A stretch of 64,000 nucleotides of DNA, from the IMG/VR virus record IMGVR_UViG_3300025011_000016. One strand, given 5' to 3'. This DNA is from a virus (Duplodnaviria > Caudoviricetes). The position numbers and the translations under genes are program-made. Below, piece after piece: positions 41,793 to 52,303 of this stretch (position 1 is its first letter; the number at the start of each line of letters is the position of its first letter). Under the pieces are notes generated by a model. That model saw only the letters and a list, made by a program, of their open reading frames with translations, had not been told where the DNA came from and searched no databases.

Positions 41793-44615
41793 ATGAAAAT
41801 TGTACCTAATAAACAACAAAAGAAAGCTGTTATTGAATCAGTGAAATGGTTAAAGAGTGGTTATAAACAAGTCTTTGAAATATCAGGTCCTCCAGGATCA
41901 GGTAAAACCTTTATAGTTTATTTAATACGAAAGGCAATGAAGCTAAATCCCTTGGATGTTCTATTTATGGCATATGTAGGAAAAGCTACAATGGCTTTGA
42001 CATTACAAGGTAATAATGCAAAGACAATGCATAGTTCTATTTATGATAGGGTTGATTTACCTAAGATGGATGAGAATGGTAAGTTTATTTTAAAAAATGG
42101 TAGAATACTTACAACTCCTGGTTTTGTTAAGAAAAAATCTTTACCTGATAATATAAAACTTATAGTGGTGGACGAAGGTTCTATGATTAATGAAAAATAC
42201 GCTTTAGATATTTTAAGCTTCAAGTTACCAGTTTTAGTGCTCGGGGACTTAAATCAGCTTTTTCCTATCTTTGGGAAACCTTATTTCTTAAGACAACCTG
42301 ATATTATATTAACAGAAATTATGAGACAGGCTAAAGATGATCCTATTATTCATTTAAGTCAAAAGGCAATTAATGGTGAAATTATTGAGATAGGAAAATA
42401 TGGTGATAGATGTTTTGTTATTAATAAAGAAGATATCACAGACAATATGCTTACAAAAACAGATATCGTTATTTGTGGTAAAAATAAGACACGGGATCAT
42501 ATAAATAAATATGTTAGAGAAGAAATATATAAAATAGACAAGCCTTATCCAGTAAAAGGTGAGAAATTAATATGTAGACAAAATAATTGGGATATGTCTG
42601 TCGATGAAGGTAAAATATTCTTAGTTAATGGTCTTGTAGGTTACGTTGAAGAAACACATTTAGACACTTATAATAAAAGATCTTTATGTATTGATTTTAG
42701 GCCTGAGTTTTTAAAAGAAACTTGTTTTGAAAGAGTAGCAATTGATTCTTTTATGAGTCACGTTGCATAGTAATATGCAATTGCAACTACTTTAATTGCG
42801 GGAAACTCCTTAGAACTTTATCTACTAATGTAACATGATAAAGATTGGACAATCTGCAGCCAATGATCTATTCATAATAGATTTAGGTCCAACGACTAGA
42901 ATGGGAAAGTTCGTAGGGCTCAAGTGAGTGGGTGAGACTCCCTTAAATCGAAATGGGTGGCCCCATTATAATAATTAGTATAATGGGTGAAGATATAGTC
43001 TGTGCTTTAAGGAAACTTAGAGAATAACTAACCGTAAGTCTTAATAACTATTCTGTATATAATTATATTATACAGTTAACAAATAATATAAGAACGGGGG
43101 TGATATAAAATGATTAAGACTTTTAAAACAAGAATACGACCGAATAAAGAACAAGAGGTATATTTAAATAAGTGCTTTGGGTATAGAAGGTTTATATATA
43201 ATAATGCGTTAGAATACTTTAATACTCTTTTAAAATATAATAATAATGTTATTGATAAGGATTTAAAGAAGTTCTTTGATAAATTTGATTATATTACTCA
43301 TATATATTCTAAGAAAGAAAAGGGACCGGGATTTGAATGGACTAAAGAATATAATAAGTCCATAAAGAATGAAGTGGCTAGTGATGTTAACTTAGCTGTT
43401 AATAGATTTTTTAAAGATATTAAAAATAAGAAGCGTTGTAAACTGCATTTTAAAAGAAAGGTTCATGGAAATGGATCGTTTAGAATATATAGTAAGCATA
43501 AAACTAATGTTATGATTCTTGATATGAAATTATTCTCTTTTATTATTAATAGAGAATTTGGTCATATGTCATTAAAAACATATGAGGACATAAGTTTCTT
43601 ATATCATCATGATATAAAAACAATGACTATTAGTATGAAGAATTTTAAATATTATGTCTCATTTACTTATGAAATAGATGTTCCAAAGCATAAGCATGAG
43701 AAAGATACCATAGGTATAGATTTAGGGATACATAATCCGGTAGTTTGTTTTGATGGAAAAGATATCATAAATCCTAAATTTCCGAAAGGAATTATTAAGA
43801 AACTAGAGAAGAGAGCCGATAAATTTTCAACGATAGTTTCTAAGAAGAAATATGATAAATGTAATCCATCAAAGAACTATATAAAAGCGAGAACCAAGCT
43901 TAATTATATTCATGGTAAGATAGTGAATATTAGAATGGATTATATTCAGAAGGTTTCAACCTTCTTAACTAAGACTTATAGAAATATCGTAGTTGATGAA
44001 TTTAGTTTTAAAGAATTACTAACAGAGTCTGATGGTATTAAACGTATTAATAGAGGTATACATAGAGTAGGTGCCTTTACGTTTATGCAAGTGTTAAAAT
44101 ATAAATGTCACTTTTACGGCAGTGAATATATTTTAGCCGAACCTAATAGTACCATTACATGCTCTGAATGTAATCATAAACTTAAAACTAAGTTGAAGTT
44201 ATCCCAAAGAGTCTTTAATTGTCCTGATTGTGGATATATAGATGATAGGGATAATAATGCGGCTATTAATATTTATAAGTCATATAAGAATCTTTATTAA
44301 CTAACGTAAATAGAGATTTCGCCGTTGGTCGGACGGTTTAAAGAACCTTGACGGTTAAGTTATTGTGGTATCTAACGAATACTACTAACACGACAGTATA
44401 AGCATTTATTTACACCATATGAACAGAGAGATAATAAACGTAGCTATTATAATAAATTTGAATTTGCCAACGCAATAAGCGTTCATTTATCACAAGGATC
44501 ACAATATAATACAGTTTTAATATATAATGAAAGAATGGGAGATAAAGAGTATTATAAGAAATGGTTATATACAGCAATATCGAGAGCGGTATCCGGATTA
44601 GTATTGGCCGTTTAA
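41793..44615 (+). CDS. RecD/Dda-like SF1B helicase; exons 41793-42746 and 44397-44615, about 390 aa
   Basis: GPPGSGKT, VVDEGSMI, LGDLNQL, LTEIMRQ; exon 2 supplies FANAISVHLSQGSQY and LYTAISRA. Confidence 0.9.
43110..44300 (+). CDS. tnpB: TnpB RNA-guided endonuclease (IS605 OrfB family)
   Basis: N-terminal KTFKTRIRPNKEQ HTH; RuvC GIDLG, VVDEF, DRDNNAAINI; CSEC...CPDC Zn finger. Confidence 0.93.
   Translation: MIKTFKTRIRPNKEQEVYLNKCFGYRRFIYNNALEYFNTLLKYNNNVIDKDLKKFFDKFDYITHIYSKKEKGPGFEWTKEYNKSIKNEVASDVNLAVNRFFKDIKNKKRCKLHFKRKVHGNGSFRIYSKHKTNVMILDMKLFSFIINREFGHMSLKTYEDISFLYHHDIKTMTISMKNFKYYVSFTYEIDVPKHKHEKDTIGIDLGIHNPVVCFDGKDIINPKFPKGIIKKLEKRADKFSTIVSKKKYDKCNPSKNYIKARTKLNYIHGKIVNIRMDYIQKVSTFLTKTYRNIVVDEFSFKELLTESDGIKRINRGIHRVGAFTFMQVLKYKCHFYGSEYILAEPNSTITCSECNHKLKTKLKLSQRVFNCPDCGYIDDRDNNAAINIYKSYKNLY
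44300..44396 (+). ncRNA. putative omegaRNA scaffold / IS605 right end (5' limit uncertain, may extend into tnpB)
   Basis: Nearly identical block at 56285-56381; hairpins GCCGUU/GACGGU and GUGGUAU/AUACUAC. Confidence 0.65.
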
Positions 44616-44646
44616 TACATAATATTATTTGAAAGGAGTTAGTATA

Positions 44647-44799
44647 ATGCAACCACCTAAGGTATTAACAGACTTAATGAAACCATTAACTGAGCAGAAC
44701 AATAGATTAATATCTGAAACTCTTACTGATAAGATCAATAGAGTTAAATCAAAGTTTAATTTATATCACGGTAAAGGTAAAAAGAAACGACGTAAATAA
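44647..44799 (+). CDS. small basic hypothetical protein (50 aa)
   Basis: Read manually; AAGGAG upstream. Confidence 0.55.
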   Translation: MQPPKVLTDLMKPLTEQNNRLISETLTDKINRVKSKFNLYHGKGKKKRRK

Positions 44800-44820
44800 A
44801 ATAATAGGAGGTTCTATTAT

Positions 44821-45099
44821 ATGAGTTTGGAAAGTTTACTAGCATTTGTAGCTAATGTTGGAGAAGATAAAATTGCAGGTTTTTCATTTAATAATAGTGG
44901 CAGGGTAATGTTTACATCAAGTAAAAGTTTCTCATTGGACGGAAATGTGACTGATGATGGATATCTTAAAATTGGGGATAGTGATACCGATGGGAATATT
45001 TACTACATGTATAAACCGATTGCTACTATCGAATCGATTATTGTAGTAGATGATGCTCTTGCCCGTGACAAACTTAATCTACGATACATCTTCGGTTAA
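44821..45099 (+). CDS. hypothetical protein
   Basis: AGGAGG; 92 aa. Confidence 0.65.
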   Translation: MSLESLLAFVANVGEDKIAGFSFNNSGRVMFTSSKSFSLDGNVTDDGYLKIGDSDTDGNIYYMYKPIATIESIIVVDDALARDKLNLRYIFG

Positions 45100-45240
45100 C
45101 CATTAAAATATAGAGAGGGAATTTATCCCACTCTATATTTTATCATTATGATAAATTTAACTATAACTTCAATTATATATTATTAGCTTAGAAACAATTA
45201 ATCAATGTAGAGTAAATAAAAAAATAGGGGGAATTTTAAG

Positions 45241-45723
45241 ATGAGAGACAAAGACATTAAAGAGTTCGAACATTCCATGGAAAGAATCCAGGAAAAGAAA
45301 AAGTTAATTGAGCGAGAAGAAAAACAAATTATGGTTAGATGCGCGCATCAAAACCGTCGCCGTAAATTGAAGATCAAGCCAATAGATGAACGAGGTAATT
45401 TCAAGTGTAAAGATTGCAGCACCGAATTCAATATGAATCCGATTATCCGTGAGGATCTAAAGCGGGCAATTCAAATTCTGCATGATGCCATTCAGCAAAT
45501 TCGCTGCTTTGCAGATCCTGACGAGGATGGAAAGATGATCCGTCTTCTCGGAGAAGCTGACTTCAACAACGAAGAAATACAACGCTTATACGCCCGGACT
45601 CTGGACGCGTATAGTAAGAATCGGAAGAAAGATAAATTCGGTGATCGAGATCGTGACAATTTCGGTTCTTATGGAACTGGCGCTATTAGCTTCATCGGTT
45701 CTCGTAAGAAAGACCGCAAGTAA
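45241..45723 (+). CDS. hypothetical Zn-binding protein
   Basis: CAH...CKDC; TATATATTAT upstream. Confidence 0.65.
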   Translation: MRDKDIKEFEHSMERIQEKKKLIEREEKQIMVRCAHQNRRRKLKIKPIDERGNFKCKDCSTEFNMNPIIREDLKRAIQILHDAIQQIRCFADPDEDGKMIRLLGEADFNNEEIQRLYARTLDAYSKNRKKDKFGDRDRDNFGSYGTGAISFIGSRKKDRK

Positions 45724-45898
45724 TCATTCTATTTTACAAGTGCATAAGATGGGCAACTATCTTATGCACTATTTATATCTCTTTTATTTAGGGAATTATT
45801 TTTTAAGGATAATTGATTCCGTAACATAGAAAATAACAAATTATTATTAGAGTAACATATCGATAAGTAATAGAAGAAGGAGATGTGAAATAAAAAAT

Positions 45899-48800
45899 AT
45901 GGCTAAATTTACAGATGATCAAATAGAACACATAGAAAGTGACATAGAGAAGATTCAGACTAAGCCTAAATATAATTGGGCTATTATATAGTGATATATA
46001 ATATAAACTTTTTTAATTGACGGAAACTTCCTTAGAGTCTAAACTACTAAATTGATATTTTAGTATATTGATGGCTGAGTGTAATTAACTCAGGTATAGT
46101 AATAATGTTTAGGATTGGATAATCCGCATCCAAGTCTCTTATAATAAGAGAAAGGTTCAACGACTAAATGTAGAGCTCAAGTGAGTGGGTGGAAATCCCT
46201 TAAATCGAAATGGAAAGCATCTTTAATAAAAGATGATGATATAGTCTTATATCCTAATGAAAATTAGGGAAGTTCATAATAGAACTGCACAGCTCAGCAA
46301 ACTGTGTGAAATAATGAATATGTACGTCAGCTATTTAGCACACCTAGGCGCATTACATTTATCTAAAGAGGTAATAAATAATTCTATAGATGAATGTATT
46401 AATCAAAATTCACCAGCTAACGAAATTAATATATATTTAGATGAAGGTGAGAATACTTTACTAGTTGCTGATAATGGTAGAGGAATAGCTTTCGATAAAA
46501 TGGAAATTGTGTGCACTAAATTACAAGCAGGTAGTAAGTTTACCAGAGAGGGTAGTGGTGGAGCTTCTGCTGGAGAAAACGGGTGTGGCATTACGGCCGT
46601 GAATTCGCTGTCGGAACACTTTGAGATAATCTCAACTCGTTATGGTGAAAGGGCTATAATTGAATTTGAATCTGGTAAGTTGGTCAGGTCACCAGTAATT
46701 AAAAAAATCGGTGATAAAACTAAACACGGTACTACAGTAAAATTTAAACCCAATCCATTTTACATGGGTGACGATTGTGATATCCCAACAGATTTATTGA
46801 TTGAATGGATTGAAAAAATAGTTTATTTAATGCCATCAAATATAGAAATATCACTAAGTGTCTCCAGAAAAGGTAAAGAATCTGCAATAAATAAAAAGTA
46901 TCGTAATAAAAATGGTTTAAAGGACTATATTTTGAAATTGTGTAAAAAGCCTATTTTAGATCCAATTCATTTTATGAAATCTTTAAAAATTAAAGAATTT
47001 GATAAAGGTAGAGAGATCGAAAGATTCATTGGATTAGAAACAGCTTTTACTTACAATTCAAATAGTATGGAACCTATTATTGAATCATTTTGTAATTTTG
47101 TGGTCACTGTTGAAGGGGGTATTCACAACGATGCTGTTAAACAAGGTGTTGTCCAATTCTTAGTTAGGAAAACTAAGGAGGGTTTATCTGATAAAGAATC
47201 GAAAAATATTGATATACTACCTATAGACGCTACTCAAGGATTAGTGTTGACATTATACTTAAGTACCGATATGAATATGATGTTTGCATCACAAACGAAA
47301 GAAAAACTTTCTAATAATGCTTTCTTCAAACCACTCAGAAACATGACATTTAATTCATTGGATGAATACTTTAAAAAAGAAGTTAATGATTTAAAGAAGA
47401 TAACAAGTTTTATTAAGACTAATGCTAAAGCAAGAATTGAATCAAACAAAGCTAGAAATGCTGTTATTAAAGGTGAAACTACTTCATTCGAAGAACACAA
47501 AATGAAGAATTTCTCTCCTGCAAATAATTTAGGGAATGATTACAGAGAGTTATTTGTTATAGAAGGTAAATTAGATTGCCTTATTTTCTTTAATTGACGG
47601 GAAACTCCTTAGAACTTCTTAATTGAAGATTGGACAATCCGCAGCCAAGTCTCTTTATATAAGAGAAAGGTTCAACGACTAGAGTATGTAAGCTCGTAGG
47701 TTTATTTATAATCCGAAATGGGAAAACAATAGATTTATTCTATTGAAGAGATAGTCTAATATCCTAATTAACATTAGGGAAGTTCATAAGAGAACTGTAT
47801 AGAGTTATAATCTATATGAATGATTGGATTCAGCAAAGGGTAGTGCAAGGTTAGGTAGGGATACGGATACTCAGGCATTATTTGCAATGCGAGGAGTTCC
47901 ACTTAATAGTTTTAATCTAAAGTTAGATAAAGTTTTATTGAATGATGAATTTAGGGATTTAACTAAAGTATTAAAATGTAATATCGGTGAACGATTTGAT
48001 ATTACAAAACTAAATTATAAAAAAATAATCATACTTACGGATGCGGATTAATTCATAGTCCCATTATGTAGTGATATATAATGTAAACTTCTTTAATTGA
48101 CGGGAAACTCCTTAGAACTTCTTAATTGAAGATTGGACAATCCGCAGCCAAGTCTCTTTATATAAGAGAAAGGTCCAACGACTAATAGTAGGGCTCAAGT
48201 GAGTGGGGTAATAACACCCTTTAAATCGAAAATAGAGGCATCTTTTATAAGATGATGATATAGTCTACACTTTATTGAAAGATAAAGAAAGATAGCATCT
48301 TTACATTATCTAACGAATAATGTTAATATGAATGGATTGATGGTTTGAGAATAGCCTCACTAATTTGTGTATTCTTCTTATGTCATATGCCAGAGATAAT
48401 TAAGCAAGGATATTTATATAAATCAGTATCACCACTATATTTATTAAATGATACTAAGGGTCATTTTATTATTGATAAAAAAGAGTATGTATCAGTTTTT
48501 GAAAAAGCTGTTAGAAATAACATTAAAGTTATTGATCCAGAAACTAATATTGTTTATACTAATAATGAGATGAAAGAGTTACTATTAAAGAATAGGGGAT
48601 ATTTAGAGGAGTTATACCGAGTTAGTAATCATTTTGCAGTTAATCCTTTTATCATTGAATACATCACCATATATGGGGATCAATCAAATTTCATAAATAA
48701 AATGAAAAAGAAATTCCCTGAGTTAACACTTGATGAAGAAAATGTTTTATCTGGTATATATGAAGGAAAATATCAGATTATTATATTGGATAAAATATTC

Positions 48801-49172
48801 GAAAAGAGAATTGCAACTCTTCGTAATATGATAAGGATAGTTAATGATAATAAAATCCATTATATAGTGAATGATAATCATGGTAATCAAGTTGACTCTA
48901 GAGGAATATTAACTTTAGGGGAATTCCTAACAGTATGTCAAAAATATCAACCAGAGATCGTGTCCAGGTTCAAAGGTTTGGGTGAGCTACAGCCCAATGA
49001 TTTATGGAAAACCACTCTTGATTTTGAGTCCCGTACCTTGATACGTTTAACAATGTCAGATGTTTTAGATGAATTAGAAAAGTTCAAAATATTACATTCT
49101 AACGACTCTATAGAATCAAGGAAAAAGCTTATGGGTAACTTCAAGATCGATAGAGAGGACTTAGATAATTAG
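45899..49172 (+). CDS. gyrB: type IIA topoisomerase B subunit (GyrB/ParE); 4 exons 45899-45967, 46317-47567, 47827-48048, 48336-49172, about 792 aa
   Basis: KP|NMY, EVINNSIDE, DNGRGI, GENGCG, IEG|DSA, TDAD|IDG, RFKGLGE. Confidence 0.92.
45968..46316 (+). ncRNA. group I intron (ORF-less, 349 nt)
   Basis: P1 AGCCU/GGGCU; P/Q/R/S. Confidence 0.88.
47568..47826 (+). ncRNA. group I intron (ORF-less, 259 nt) in the TOPRIM EGDSA motif
   Basis: P1 AAGGU/GCCUU; P/Q/R/S. Confidence 0.9.
48049..48335 (+). ncRNA. group I intron (ORF-less, 287 nt) in the TOPRIM DxD motif
   Basis: P1 GGAU/GUCC; P/Q/R/S; joins TDAD|IDG. Confidence 0.88.
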
Positions 49173-49191
49173 TTTTATATAAGATGAAAAT

Positions 49192-49887
49192 GTGAAATTC
49201 AACCCAACTATTCATTTAAAAGGAGTGTTTGTTATTATTAATGATTTAACTGGTAGGGAATTTGGTAGGTGGAAAGTTATTAAAATAACTGATGAGAGAA
49301 CTAAAGATGGTAATGTTAAATGGTTATGTGAATGTAGTTGTGAGAAGCGCACAACAAAAACTGTCAGTGGATCAAATTTAGTAAAAGGAGTTTCAACAAA
49401 CTGTGGATGTGTTCGTACAGAAAAAGTGAAAAAGCGGGCAAAACATGGTCTGTGGAACACTAGAATTTATAAAACATGGCATAGTATGAATAGAAGGTGT
49501 TCAAATCCTAAAGATTCGAATTATGTGAATTATGGAGGTCGTGGAATTACAGTATGTGAAGAATGGAAAGAAGTCATACCTTTTTATAATTGGGCTATAA
49601 ATAATGGTTATTCCAAAAAATTAACTATTGATAGAATAGATAACGATAAAGGATATTATCCTGAAAATTGCCGTTGGGTGAGTATGTATGTTCAAAGTAG
49701 GAATAAACGGAGTAATAATTTTATCACCTTTGAAGGTAAAAGTAAAATTATTACTGATTGGGCAAAATATACTGGATATGATATAACTACTATTAGACAT
49801 AGGATAAATAATAATTTACCTATTGAGGAAATATTAGCACGTAAACCGAATAGATATTTTATTGATATAAATATATTGAGTAAATGA
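49192..49887 (+). CDS. free-standing HNH-type homing endonuclease
   Basis: DLTGREFGRWKV, WLCECSC, NCGC, YGGRGITVC..W, TIDRIDNDKGY.PENCRW. Confidence 0.85.
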   Translation: MKFNPTIHLKGVFVIINDLTGREFGRWKVIKITDERTKDGNVKWLCECSCEKRTTKTVSGSNLVKGVSTNCGCVRTEKVKKRAKHGLWNTRIYKTWHSMNRRCSNPKDSNYVNYGGRGITVCEEWKEVIPFYNWAINNGYSKKLTIDRIDNDKGYYPENCRWVSMYVQSRNKRSNNFITFEGKSKIITDWAKYTGYDITTIRHRINNNLPIEEILARKPNRYFIDINILSK

Positions 49888-49900
49888 TGTGGAGGGTATA

Positions 49901-52303
49901 ATGATGTCAGTAAATGATCGGAAACTGAATAATCAGGTTTATGATAAAAATATAGTGATTGGAAATATTGGTGATATATGCACTGGATATATGAAGATAT
50001 TTGGTGCAAATAATAATTTAATGCGCCACATCCCAATAATCGCGGACGGTTTGAAGCCCGGAGAACGACGTATTTTATATACAATGTCAGAAGTTATGGG
50101 TATTACACATAAGGGTAAACATAAGAAGTGTATGGGAATTGTGGGACGTACGGCTGATATACACCCTCACGGCGACCAGGCCTTATACAGCACATTAGTT
50201 AAACTAGCGCAGAAATGGCAAAATACAATTTGTCTGATTGATGGATCTGGAAATTTCGGTAGTCCGACTGGAGAAACTGAGGCTAGTATGCGATATACGG
50301 AGGCCCGTTTGAGTTTTTATTCATATAAATGTTTCTTTGAAGAATTTAACCCAAATATAGTAGATATGAAATTATCATATAATGGAGAAATATATGAGCC
50401 TGAATTCTTACCATCTAAATACCCAAATGTTTTAATTAATCAAGCATTTGGGATTGGATACGGTTTATCTAGCTCCATTCCAACATATAATTTCAAAGAA
50501 GTTATTGATTTAACAATTAAATTAATGAATGATCCTGATTATGGAGATATTGTTTTAATACCTGATAGTCCTTCAGGTTCTCATATTATTGATGATGGTC
50601 AGTTTGAGACTATATCGAAAACTGGTAAAGGTAAATTTAAAATGAGGGGAACAATTGAGATTGATAGTGAAAATAATATAGTAACCATTACTTCAGTACC
50701 TCTATATGTAAATAGTGATGATGTAAAAGCCGATATAATTGATTTATTCAAGGAAAATAAGATGCAGGGATTGAAGAAAATCGATGACCAATCTTCTGAA
50801 AGAAATGGTACTAAAGTAATATTTTATTTAAAAAAGGAAGTCGATCCCGTTTCGATTATGCATAGTATCTACACTAAGACTAATATGGAAAAGACTTATC
50901 CGATAAATTTTAAACTCATAGATGACTATCAAGATGTTGATTATAATATACGATCCCTTTTGTTAACTTGGCTAGACCAACGGAGAGAAGTTAAACGCCG
51001 TCTATTTAATCATACTCTCATCAAAGCGAAAGAAAGACAACATGTTTTAACCATTCTATTATTCATATTAAACAAAGATAATGCTGAGAAAACTATGAGT
51101 ATCGTTAAGAAGTCTGAAAATAAAAAAGAGATTATTAAGAAATTAATGAATTCATATGGCATTACATCATTACAGGCGGATACTATTGCCGAAATGAAAT
51201 TAACTGCATTTTCTAAAGAATCACTCAATAGATATATAAAAGAGAAAGTTGATATTGATGAGAAGGTTACTAAATATGAAAAACTTGTGCGTTCCATTAA
51301 GAAAATTGATAAAATTATTAAAGAAGAATTAGAAGAAGGAATTAAACTATTCGGTGAGCCAAGACGGAGTAAGATTATTAACATTGATGGTGAGGTTAAA
51401 ATTCGAGATACTAATCATTTAGTTTCATTTACATTAAATGGATTTGTTAAGAAATTACCTGAAGGATGTACATCTATTGGTTTCATTAATCAGAATGATT
51501 ATCCTATAGAGATTATTGAGATAAGGAATACAACAGATTTATTGATCTTTGATGAAAGTGGAAAAATATCTAAGCTTCCTGTTCATTTATTACAAAACAG
51601 TGAATTAACAGGAGAAGGTGAAAAGCTAAGTAAATATTGTAATATTAATGGTAGTATAAAAACTATAATACCAAAACCTACTACTGAGATATTATCTCAA
51701 GTTAAAATACCAATATATTTCTTAATGATAACTACCAATGGTATTATTAAGAAGACTTTAGCAAATTCATATACTAATATCAAAAATGATTTAATAGGTC
51801 TTATTGTTAAAGATGGCGATACATTAAGATCGGTTAAGCTATTGGCTGGAGACAAAGACGTGGTTATTTATACTAATAAAGGATTCGGTGTCAGACTTAA
51901 ATCTGATGACATTAAAACTACAAGTAGAATGTCTATTGGTATTAAAGCTTTAGAATTAGGTCCTAATGAGATAGTTATTGGTATGGATCTTGTTAATGAA
52001 AAGGATAAATACTTATTTGCATTAACTAATCATGGCACGGGTAAGAAATGTTTACTTAGTGCATTTAAAACTATGGACAGAAATAGTAAGCCCTTAAGAA
52101 TTATATCATTAGAGACTAATGAAGAGGTCATATTTATAAAAACTGTTAAAGGTAATGAAAATTTCAAAGCTTATATGAAAAATAAGATCGAAACTATAAA
52201 TATTGAAGAAGTATTTGAGTTGCCACGCTTATCAAAGGGTAAGAAGATACTGGGTGTACTCAAAGGAGATACTATAATTGACATCAAAGAAGTAACTAAG
52301 TAA
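49901..52303 (+). CDS. gyrA: type IIA topoisomerase A subunit (GyrA/ParC)
   Basis: DGLKPGERR, HPHGD, GSGNFG, SMRYTEARL; beta-pinwheel C-terminal repeats. Confidence 0.92.
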   Translation: MMSVNDRKLNNQVYDKNIVIGNIGDICTGYMKIFGANNNLMRHIPIIADGLKPGERRILYTMSEVMGITHKGKHKKCMGIVGRTADIHPHGDQALYSTLVKLAQKWQNTICLIDGSGNFGSPTGETEASMRYTEARLSFYSYKCFFEEFNPNIVDMKLSYNGEIYEPEFLPSKYPNVLINQAFGIGYGLSSSIPTYNFKEVIDLTIKLMNDPDYGDIVLIPDSPSGSHIIDDGQFETISKTGKGKFKMRGTIEIDSENNIVTITSVPLYVNSDDVKADIIDLFKENKMQGLKKIDDQSSERNGTKVIFYLKKEVDPVSIMHSIYTKTNMEKTYPINFKLIDDYQDVDYNIRSLLLTWLDQRREVKRRLFNHTLIKAKERQHVLTILLFILNKDNAEKTMSIVKKSENKKEIIKKLMNSYGITSLQADTIAEMKLTAFSKESLNRYIKEKVDIDEKVTKYEKLVRSIKKIDKIIKEELEEGIKLFGEPRRSKIINIDGEVKIRDTNHLVSFTLNGFVKKLPEGCTSIGFINQNDYPIEIIEIRNTTDLLIFDESGKISKLPVHLLQNSELTGEGEKLSKYCNINGSIKTIIPKPTTEILSQVKIPIYFLMITTNGIIKKTLANSYTNIKNDLIGLIVKDGDTLRSVKLLAGDKDVVIYTNKGFGVRLKSDDIKTTSRMSIGIKALELGPNEIVIGMDLVNEKDKYLFALTNHGTGKKCLLSAFKTMDRNSKPLRIISLETNEEVIFIKTVKGNENFKAYMKNKIETINIEEVFELPRLSKGKKILGVLKGDTIIDIKEVTK

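Larger units (their letters stand above)
42747..44396 (+). mobile_element. IStron-like element: group I intron plus tnpB plus omegaRNA/IS605 right end (1650 nt), inserted after TTGAT
   Basis: P1 UGAU/GUCA; P/Q/R/S at 42794-43000; tnpB; 3' end ...CACGACAG; removal restores the helicase frame ID|YKH. Confidence 0.9.

Noticed and set aside
42747-44396. tnpA transposase within the IStron
   Set aside because: Only about 90 nt lie between the ribozyme P9 region and the tnpB start; no HUH/Y1 or serine-recombinase ORF is present.
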